Of a DNA stretch of 64,000 nt, positions 1 through 12,000 are shown piece by piece. How positions within the stretch are numbered: the first letter of the stretch is position 1; each line of letters starts with the position of its first letter. The notes below the pieces were generated by a model, which did not search any database, was not told where the DNA came from, and was given only the letters and a program-made list of their open reading frames with translations. Made by a program: the position numbers and the translations under genes. This DNA comes from Candidatus Woesearchaeota archaeon. Lineage in GTDB: Archaea > Nanobdellota > Nanobdellia > Woesearchaeales > JABIAG01. The DNA is taken from positions 68,772 to 132,771 of the forward strand of contig JABIAG010000001.1 in NCBI GenBank assembly GCA_018653365.1, read 5' to 3'.

Positions 1-3000
1 ATGAATTTCTATGGTAAAGAACCAAGTCCTGCTGTAACTGGCCAGTTCGCATATCAACCAAATACTCAATTAGATGTAGTGTTAGTTGAACCTGTAGACG
101 GACAAAAGTATAATAATCTAGACGATGTATTCATTAGAGCAGATACAAACATATTCGGAAATCCTACAGGTCTTACTTGTTTTTTCTCAGTAAGTTCACC
201 ACAGTTCAATCCAAATCAGAAAAACATGGACAGTTCAGCACTAATCTCTCAAACTTTTTCAGGATATTCATCTGTGTTTGTTCATGACGGAATACCAAAT
301 TATTTAATTGGAGAGGTTGGAGAAACTTATCAGGTTGCAGTAACCTGTATTTTTGGATCACAAGCAGCATTCTCACCTCCTTCAATAAGTATATTAATCG
401 ATGACACTCCTCCACAAATAACTGGATTAACAGTATATGATAAACGTTGTGATGATGTCACTAAACAAGTCTTACCTCTTTATGATCCTGGAACCGGAGC
501 AGTATACTATGCAAAAGAAACAGAAATTTGCGTAGAATCAGAAATAACCGAAGCATTAACAGAAATAGAAAGTGTAGAATTAGAATACCCAAGTAGTACA
601 AGAGATATAACTGCAAATTTTAAAAATACAATTCCAGGAAACGGCATATTAATAACAGCAACAACCCTAAACTTAAATTTACGTGAAGGAGACGAAGAAG
701 AAATAATCTTACGAGCACAAGATACAATAGGAAATGCACCCTCAACATTCACAAGAAAAATAATTTTAGACCAAACCCCTCCTGTTATTGACTCAATAAT
801 AATTAACCCCACAGGCAGTTTAGGAACACCATTAATGAAAGATAACAAATATATTTACAAGGTAGCAGATGACGAACCTTTAGAAATATCTGTAACAACC
901 GATGAACCAGCTTTGATAAAACTATTTGAATTCAGCGAATTAGATGCATCTTCAGATTATGTAACTACTGATTTTTTAAATACCTTATTAACAATAGGGG
1001 AACACACATATAAAATAAATGCAACCGACAGAGCAGGAAATTTACAAACATCTCAAGAATTAGAAATTGTAAATGATCACATCGCACCACGAGTAGATGC
1101 TGTTGCAAATAATAAACCAAGTTATTTTGAAATAAGAGGTCAAAACTTTGGAGTTTTAACACCCACTCTAGAATTATATTTCAGAGATGCAACCGGAATA
1201 AAATATGGAAACTTTACAACCTACCGAATGTTTAGGAGTGGGCCAAATGTAGATCAAGCAGAAAAATTAACACATGAATGGTTAGAAGTAGTCCCTGAAA
1301 ATTTAGGTAACGACCAATACAAATTTACCTTAGATGTTGCATCAGATTTAATACCCAATGAGGTATATTGGGATGACTTCCATTATTATATTGCATATGA
1401 TGTGATGGATAATCTTACAAACACAGGGGGAGAAAACAATTCCAATCATTTTAACTTTGGGGTGAATGAAGAAGCACCACAACTTCATTCAGCAAGTTTA
1501 GAAAACCAATATTGGCAAAACCCAAAACAAACACTGATATTAACCTACAACGATGAACCAACAAAAAGGGATCAACACGTTAAAATAAACCGGTTTGAAG
1601 TAATCGAAAATTCATTTACTGCAGCAGCTATGGCAAAAGTTGATTTTGAAAACTACGATGCATATTTGGAAGGAGAAGTTATTCCTAATGAAGGGACTGG
1701 AAGAAGACAGTTTACCATAACTCCTAACACTGAATGGACTTGCAGCCATTGTATATTTAGGTTAGAGGAAGCAAGAATTGTATTGCCTACGGGAGAACCT
1801 GCAAATTCAGCATTCCAATTCGGAGAGATATTATTCTATATTGACAAAAATGATTCAGAAATAATGGAAATAGAATTAGATGCAGATACAAACTTGTTGT
1901 ATAATGCTGAAGACTTAAGATTAAATGCGCATATGACTGAACAAACCTTAAGTGGTATAAGAACTAAAGATGACACAATCACATTATTGGTCAGATTCAA
2001 GGATGAAAAAATAATTGATGGAAGAGAAACTAGAAATCTAACAATAAAACTTGACGGAACACCCATATTTAATGGAGAGGTAGAATCAGACAGAGATGAA
2101 GACACACACTCAGTATACGAAAAAACACAAGAAATAACATTAGTTCCAGGAACTAACACAATTACCGTACAATCAACAGACCTATCTGGAAGACAATCAA
2201 CAACATTCACAAGAACCCTTTGGTTAGATGAAGAAGAACCAACGTTATCTAATCTTGGTTTTGTTTATGAAGATAATATTGTAGATTTGTCAACAACAGA
2301 ACTAGTATTTAAAACCAATCTGGTCGACTTTGATTTAACAGGAACTTATACTACAGATGATGATGCAACAATATACTTAGATGGGACAAGTTATACAACA
2401 GATGGAGTGCAACCTAGTGGAGCATTCACAATACCAAATATAGTTCTAGATCAACCATCTATTGGAAACGAACAAGAAAACAATTTTGACATAGTAATTG
2501 AGGACAGTGTTGAAAATAAACAAATAACCCCTTTAAAGGTAATAGTAGATAAGTTAGCTCCTGAGTTAATATTAGTAGATACCACAAATACTGAATTAGA
2601 CTTGGTTGGGGGAAACCAAATTTACTATCGATACTTAAGTGATGATATTAACTTAACTGTAAAAAGCACAACTGAAGGATTAGCTGGATGTAAAATGTAC
2701 TTCGGAGGATTACCTGCAGCAGATATGACAGAAACAATAACTAATGAGTTCTTTTACGAAACTGGAACTCTAGTTGGAAATTATGACTTCTATATAGTGT
2801 GCGAAGACAATTTTGGAAATCAAAATCAGTTGGATAGCAGTTTATGGCAGTACACTGATCCTGTAATAACTGGAATCAACCCAGTATTAACACAAACACT
2901 ATTTATACACCCCGAAGACTTTGAAAACGAATTTGACCTAAGAATAACCCCTGTACCAAATACAAATGAAATAAAATGTAAATACGATTTTATACTTGAT

Positions 3001-6000
3001 GAAGGAGCAAGACCCAAATTATTAGATTCAAACCAGAATCCAATAAAGTTAACATACGAAGAAATGCAAGAAGATGATGAATGGGAACAAATAGCATTCT
3101 TACCTTGGGGAGGAAAAGGAAAAAATACTCTACGTGAAATAATTGGGGCAGGATATACTACAAATTATTTATCTGTAAATGTAACGTGTAAAGATAGAAG
3201 CGGAACCGAAATAGACCAAAAAGTTGATTTTGAAATTGATGATGACTTTAATCTACAATTCAAATTTGATTACCCTCCAACACACGAAGAAGTAAATTGG
3301 GTGGCAGATAAAAAAATAAGAACTGGTGAAATGTTCTCAATAATTGTAAATAGGCCAGATGCACAATGTAGTGTTGAGGGCACACCCGACATTGCATTAT
3401 TAGGAAATCCAACAACAATTAACGATCCTGATTATAAATTAGCAACAAGATACGAATTTGAACAAACAATTGATTCAGGGGCATCAGGAAGACCAGCAAG
3501 CGTAGCATTACCTGATGATGCACAAGAATTTACAGTAAACTGTCAAATACTCGGACAACCAATACAAACAAAAACACTAGAATTCATTGGAGACAATACC
3601 GCACCCGACGTACCACAATTAAACTTAGTTCAAACAGGCTATAATAAAACCACACAAACTGTAAGATTTACAATTGACAACCTAGAAAACGTTCTCGAAA
3701 ATAATATGAATGATTCTGTTATAAAACTTCAAGCAGATAATATTAATGGAGGACCAATTTATCAAGATGTTGAGTATAATGTAAGTCCAGATACACTAAA
3801 CAATTATGTATTTGAATTCGTATTTGAAGATTTAATAAAAGAAACACTAACTGGTGAGGTAGAAGAAAAATACAACTTCTGGGTACAAGCATGGGATGAC
3901 CTGGAACTAGGCCCTGTTTCAAGTAACATACTTGAATTAACTTATGATAACAAAAGTCCAACAATAGACTCATACGTAATAGAAAACTCAGTACAAAACG
4001 GAAATATATACTATGTTGGAAGCGATCCAACTATAACCGGGACTGTAAGTGAAGTTGACTCTATTATAACCTTTGACGCGTTTACAACAACAGGAACAAC
4101 AACCGGTAATGACTTTATAATAACAAAAACACTAATTGACAATGCAGATATAATAATAAGTTTAAGATCAAAAGACGCATTAGAAAATATTGGAGAAGAA
4201 ACATCAGAAATAATACTCCACAAAGATTTAACAGGGCCAACATTTGTAGATGCAACAGGTTCACTTAGTGAAGGAACTGGTTTTGAAGTTACAAAATTCA
4301 AAGAATTAAGTCAACTACTAATCACTTTTGAAGACAATTCAGGATTTAGCGCCGGACAACAACCAGTTTTAGCAAAAGCTGAAAGAGATAGTGCAGATGT
4401 AACTGGTGAGACCACAATTAGTTATTATGGTAGTTTAGATGAAAATTCTAATGGTTTTGACGAAAGGATAATCTATGAAATTGAGTTAGCAAGCGGATTT
4501 ACTTCCCCTTCAGCAACAGAGGCATCACAATATGAATTCGAAGTAGATGTAAAAGATTCATTTGGAACCCCAACAACATTTAATTTTAAATTTACAATCG
4601 ATCCAAGAGTACCAGAAATAACTGTAGAAACAGAAGGAAGAACCAGTATTAACGAATTCAAATTTAATATCAGCGACGATTCCAACAACATAGAAACAAG
4701 CACACTGACAATAGAACTTGAAGGAAACGAAGAGGGAATAACAAATTACGATTATGCAGATGGTTGTGTAATTAGCACACCCGTAACTAAACACGAATGT
4801 ACTTTAACAACCCCCTTTACACAATCACAAACTGTAACCTACGAAATTTATGTGGAAGACGATTTAGCAAATTCAAATGAGCTAACTGGACAATACGAAC
4901 ATGATCTTACACCAATAAGCATAGACGAATCAACAATACTTATTGAAGGAGAGGATTCAAGCTATGATATATTAGCAGATGGAAAAACAAATATTACTTT
5001 TGAAATCATAAATAACGAACCTCTGGAAGAAATCACTTGCAGTTATAGTTTAGATACTGACGCAACATATCAACAAATGATTGATGCAGGAACAAGCGAG
5101 GTAGTAACAATCATTTCAGACAACTTAATCAAATTCTTAGACATTTTCAATTCTGTGGGATCCACAGAAGGAGCACACACACTATATGTTTCTTGTAAAG
5201 ATGAATCAGGCAATGTAAATGAAAGTATAGACATACCTTTCACTGTAGACACACAAATTCCGGCAATCACCAATGTAGAGCTTACAACTGTTGGACCACA
5301 TCAAGGCGGACGAAGTGGAGAAGACTTCTTATTCGAAACAGGAAACAATGTGTTAACCATAAGTGGAACATACACAAGTAACGATGGAATAATCGTGACT
5401 ACAGAAGCTATGGGACAAACATACACCCATACAGATGTAGTAAGTGATGGACAATTTAGCTTAACAACTGTTGTATTAGAAACACCAAGCTCTGGAGATG
5501 CAAAAGAAATCAATGAATTAATACTAAATATTACTGACAGTGCAGGAAACGTAAATGATACATTAAAAGTAAACATAACCCTAGATAAAGAAAAACCAAA
5601 TTTAGAAATTGTTGAAACAAGTAATGCTTTAGTTGGAACCGTAGGAAATGATTTAGTATACTGGACAATTGCAAATGCTGATGTAAACTTAGCTGTTGAA
5701 GCAAACGAATACCTTGAAACTTGTGCAATACACTTTTCAGGATTAGATGAAACACTAACAACTAAACCCGCAGACAACAAATTCACTTATTCACTAGCTA
5801 ATTTCGGAGGAATATCATGGGACTTTGAAATAACCTGTACTGATCGATATGATAATGTAGAAACCTTATATTCAACTCTAAAAAAATATACTGAATCTTC
5901 CTTTGACGAAATTGAACTAAGAGTAAGCCCATTAATAATCGATAGTCCAATTTCTGATAATTTCGCTTTAGAGGTTCTCCCAAAACGGGCAGGATCCTAC

Positions 6001-9000
6001 TTAGAAGACCAAGAATTACATGGAATACAATGTGAATACGATTTCATAGGTTTAGGCGCACTATCTGAACAAAGTCAGTTCATAATTAATAAAGAAGAAC
6101 TATATGATAATGGTAAGTGGGAATTACCTGCAAACTTACCTCGAAGTGATGGAAGAGGAGGAAACAAATTAAATACTCTGACAAACGCACAATACATAGT
6201 AAACGCTACTTGTAGAAATTTGAGAGGAACTAAAGTAAACGCTTCCGCGAAGTTTGGAATAAATACTGAATATGATGCAAATTTCAAATTTATCTCACCA
6301 GGTGTAAACGAAGATGCAGTACATTGTGAAGACTGTCATGCAGCAAGAAAAGTTGTTGGCGGAGAAACAATAATAATCCTCGCAAACAAGGGAGACCTAT
6401 CCTGTAATCTTGATGGTACAACTCCTTTAACAGAGGGAGTACTAAACGGAGATGTCGACTTCCCACTAGGAGTAGAATTCTATTTCACACTACCTAATAC
6501 TGGAGCAGATGGAAGTAGTGAAAACACTTTAGAGGTAACTTGTATATCTAACGCAGACATAAGTGACAACCAACCAAAAAGACTGTATTATTATGAAGAT
6601 AATCAAGCACCACAAGAAGATCCAGTTATAATCTTACCTTCTAACCGATTCAATAAAACAACACAAACAGTAACTGTAGGAATTACTAACCTGGCAGCAT
6701 TAACAGAACATAACCTTCATGATGCATTGTTTATTATACACGCAAAAGACCTAAGTAATAATAACGAATATGAAAAAGAATTCCAAATTAATATCACAAC
6801 AACAGAGATAACATTCGAATTTAATGAACTAATAACTGACGATCCAGGAATGGACGCAGAAAAAGAGTACGAACTTTGGGCAGAAGCCTGGGACGATGTA
6901 AGTAATGGACCCGTAAGCTCAATAAGTGCACCACTAACAATGTACTTTGATAATTTAGATCCTGTATTAAGTTTAGAATACACTGGAGTAGAGGGAGTTA
7001 ATAGTTTAACTGCAAGGAATATTGCAATTAGATTAACTGAAGAAAGTAATTTGGATGTAACAGATGGAATCACCCCATTAATAACTTTGACAGGCGCTCA
7101 AGATGGAGATGGTTATGTATTTACTCCAACAGAATACAAAACTTACATTCTAAAAGCAGAACCAACAGACCTAACTGGAAATAAAGGGGAATGGTCAAAT
7201 ACAATCAGTTTAACATATAATGATGAAGCACCAGAATTTAGGGATGAATTACCCTCAGATAATGCGATTGTTGGCGGAACACAGGTAGACTTCAGCATAA
7301 GCGTAGAAGATGAAAATGGCTTAGATACAAGTACACTACAAGCATTCATAAATGGAACACCAATAACTCCTATACCAATAATTACAACAAGTAATGTAGG
7401 AACAAGAGGAATAATAACATTTACTCAATTAGGAATGGCAGCAGAACCCTACAACATAACTGTATATTTGGATGACATGTTAGGAAATCAGGGAGAATTT
7501 GAGTGGACAGTAAACACCAACAATGATGCACCAACACAACCCACCTGGACAGTACCACAATACACAAATAACAAATTACAACCTGTAACAATAACCTTTA
7601 ACGAATTAGTAGTAATTGATGCTGCTGACGCGGTAACTATTAATGGAGAAGTAATTACTGTACCTGCAACCCCTGCAACAACATTTACATTTACACCAAC
7701 TGTTGACTTAATGGGTGATGACGAAGAAAAAACAATTAATGTTGTAGTTAACGCACACCTAAGTGGCGGAACTGGCGTGGACTTCCCATTCACAAAAACG
7801 TTTACTGTAGATACTATCGAACCTGTAGTAAACACGTTTGAATCAATACCTCAAGAAACAACAGTAGACTTAAATGAAATAACCCTTCTTGGAACGTTCA
7901 CAGAAACCAATCTAGAAAAAATAGAAATAAACAAATCAACAAGAATATATGCGGCTAAAACTTATGCACTAACTTCATTCATAAACGAAAGTATAGAATT
8001 AGACCCAGAAGAAAATTCATTCAGTGTAATAGTTTATGACAAAGCAGGAAATGAAGGGACTGCAACAATCTCAAGATATTACGATAATACTGTTCCCGAA
8101 ATAAATGCTGCATCTTTACAAATAATTGGAGTAACTATAGAACAAGACGGAACCTGGATAGTGAGTGTTGAGGAAGGAGAAACAATCACATTAACTGGAA
8201 CATACACATCAACAGAAGAGGTAACAATAACAACGGATATAAATAATGGTGTGGTTACCGTTCCTCCTAATGCAGATACCTTCACAATAGTTGGAGAGTT
8301 AGATGGCACCGATGGAGCAGAAGAAACAAATACGATCACGATAACTATCGATGATGGAACACACATAACCACAACAACATTAACAATTATTAATGATCGA
8401 CAGGCACCAACAGCAACACTAGTACTGCCTGAACTTGGATTTACAAATGATGCAACCCCTGAAATAAAAATTTCTACAGATGAACTTGCAACCTTATGTA
8501 ACATAACCTATCAAGCAAGTGAAACCGAAATGACTTCTTCAGGCGCAGACTTTAGTTACACTTTCACAACAGCATTAGCAGAAACAGCCCATACTGTATT
8601 AATTGGATGTGAAGATGAACGAGGAAATTTCGAAACAACCCCTCTAGAGTTTACTGTAGATTTAACCTCTCCTGACTTTACAACATCTTTTGTAAACGCA
8701 GAATTACAAACTACAGACAATTTCCTATTATTTAGTACAGACACAACACAATTACATATAGAAACGTTTGATGTAATCAAATGTAAATACAAACTTAGTA
8801 CAGAAACACCTTATACGCCAATGAGTGTTAATTTTGGAAACAGCCATACTTCACAAGATTTAACCTTAAATAATGATGAATACATATACAACATAACTTG
8901 TGAAGATAGAGCAGGAAATGAAAAAGACAAAGAAGTAAACCTAACTGTAAATACTGCATTACAAATCCAGGCAACAGCTAACCTAAACGGAGAATCAATT

Positions 9001-12000
9001 AAGAATAATCAACCACAAGTATTTATAATTACTGACAGGCCAGCAACTTGTACGCCAACAGGAAATGGCGCATATCATACTCTGGATGATACGGGAATTG
9101 AAATAACTGAATTCACAACTGCTGATGCTACAACACATATTGCATACTTATCAAGCTTAGCAAGTACTCCCGCACCACTAAATGATGGAACCTACGCCTT
9201 ACCCGTAACCTGTCAAGCACAAACTACTGGAATTAATGATGGAAGCATAAACGTACAATTCACTGTAGATACAAATCTTGATGCACCAGTAATAACTAAT
9301 TTTGATGATTCCACTACAATCCCTATAGTTACAGCATACCCTGATATACAATTCACTGTAAATGAAGAAGTAAACGCAACAATATACGTTAACAATAATT
9401 TTAAACAAGTTTTAGAAAATATTCCTGCAGGAACCATTCATACATTCTCTAATGTACACTTAGCAAATAAAGGAGTGAACGTTATAACTATAAAAGGTGT
9501 TGATGCAGCAGGTAATGAAAATGCTGCCAGCGTATTAATAAATTTATCAACTGACAATCCAGTAATTGACGAAACCAAAGTCAGACACCCTGAACACAAT
9601 GCGCTTTATGGTGGAATAAATGAAACATATGTTTACTTTAATTCAGACCTTGCAATAACTAATGCAGAAGTAACATTGATCGGAGATCAAGGACTAATAT
9701 ACAATTCGGGAACAATAATTATTGATAATGAACAAAGAAAAATAATTTACAATGAAACAGGAAGTTTGATAAGTGATAATTATACGTTCCAAATAAACAT
9801 AACTGATTCTGCAGGAAGAAAAAGCGAGAATAACCTAATTAGATTTGAAATTGATACAGAAGCACCAGTAATAACTGTACTAAGTCCAAACGGGGATGAA
9901 GTAATCACATCAACAACCACAACAGTGACTGCAATATCAAATAAAGAATTAGAAAAAGCAACATTTACACTTAATGGACAAACACAAACACTAGCTCCAG
10001 TAATCCCTCCATTCACATTTACTACACAAAACTTGCCTGAAGGCAGACACGAATACGAAATAAATGGAACTCGATACTGTCCAACCACAAATTGTGGATT
10101 TAATACAGGAACATACAAAAATAGTTTCATCATAGACATAACCGGACCAACATATTCAAACATAGAATACTCTGGAGGAATCAATCATCTAGTACAAATC
10201 ATAAACGAAAACGTAGATGGATACACATACCAAGAATACGAATCAGTTCCACAATCAGAAATGCATCCTGATCTACGAACCCTTGGTTTAGAAAATCAAC
10301 TAATTGCAATATATGAAAATAATTCTAACTCTGAAGAGGTTGAAATAACAATACTAGAATTTGAAACCGCACAAGGAGTACAAGAATATTTAACACTAAT
10401 TCAAACATATAATTCAGACTTAACAAGTCAGAATTGGGCAATAAGAAGTAATGTAATAATATTATCTCTTAATACAGACATAATACAAAAAGGATATGTT
10501 CTTGGAGCACCCTTCTCCGCAGCAAGCGTAGTGGACCACTTAATAAGAGATGTGACCCCTTCAATAACGTTCTTCTTCGACGAACCAACAACAATTACTT
10601 ATGTATTACAAGATGACTCAAACGCGCCAAAAGCAACATCAATGGTTCAAAATGCAGCAGGAACTAGCTTTACAATAACTGCCACAGAAAACTTAATGGA
10701 AACTAATCACAAAATTATTTTGACTGCTTCAGATGTGTATGGAAATCCAAATACGCAAGAATTTTCTTTTAGTATTTTGGCAGAACCTTTTGCAATAGAA
10801 CTAAAAGAACCATTATTTGGATATACAAAAGAAGACGCAACCAAAGTAGTTATCGAAACATCCAGACAGGGAGATTGTAAATGGACAACCAACTTAGACT
10901 GGAACTTTGATCAAGCAATTGCATTTGATTCCGCGAGTTCAACACAACATAATATTACTGGGTTTAATAGATACAACCAAGATCTAAAAATATTATGTAA
11001 CGATACAGGTTATTCAGGAACAGAAATAACTGATATGTTTAGAATCACAAGAGATACCGCAGAACTAACAGCGGAATTATTTATGGATAATGTTGAATCA
11101 TTAACAGGTACATTACAAGCAGTAAGTACGGTAAGTGGCAAGACCATGATTTGTTACTACAATGAATCTGGAATTTGGAACATTTTTGATGGACTAAATG
11201 AAAGAATAGAAGATAGTTATCAAGCAATACAAAGACAAACTTTTACTGTTGGTGATTATTTAGTTGATGGCCGTGTAAATGAAATTTCTGTGTTATGTAA
11301 AGATAAAGCACAAAATGCCTGGACTGGATCCATTGATATAACCGTAAACACCAGTCGAGACTTCGGACTAGAATTAATCAAACCAGTAGTCGGATTTAAA
11401 ACAGCAGAATCAGAAGTTGAAATACACGCAAAAACAAATCGAGATGCTAGCTGTAAGTATAGATTAGACTCAGGAAATTTATTAGGATTAGCGACAGCAA
11501 ATGATAAAGACCACACAAGAACTAGGGGACAATTAGACAGCGGAACATATAATTTACAAGTTACCTGTGAAGAAATGGGATCGGGAACACCTGCCGCAGA
11601 AAATAGAACTTTCTACATAGATACAACTGAACCTGAGATGGCATTAGTCCAAATAAGAAATTTAATTGATGACGAATATTCATATTATGAAAATGAAATA
11701 TATTTTTATGTTTCAGCATATGATAATGAATCAGGAATTACCCGATTCAACATAACTCTTTATGAATCTGGAGAGGATGATCCACTAACAACATTAACTT
11801 TCTCCAATGTAGATTCAAAAGATGTTGCAGATGACTTGGCAGATTGCCTTGCAAGTGCAGATGAAGATGAAGATGAACGAGAAGAGTGTTATGACGAAAC
11901 AACACTAACTGGAAATGAAATAGATGATGTTGAAAATTGTTTAGAAGATGAAGACGAAGATTTCAGAGTAAGTAAGTCTGAAGCAAAAGCTTGTGTCGAA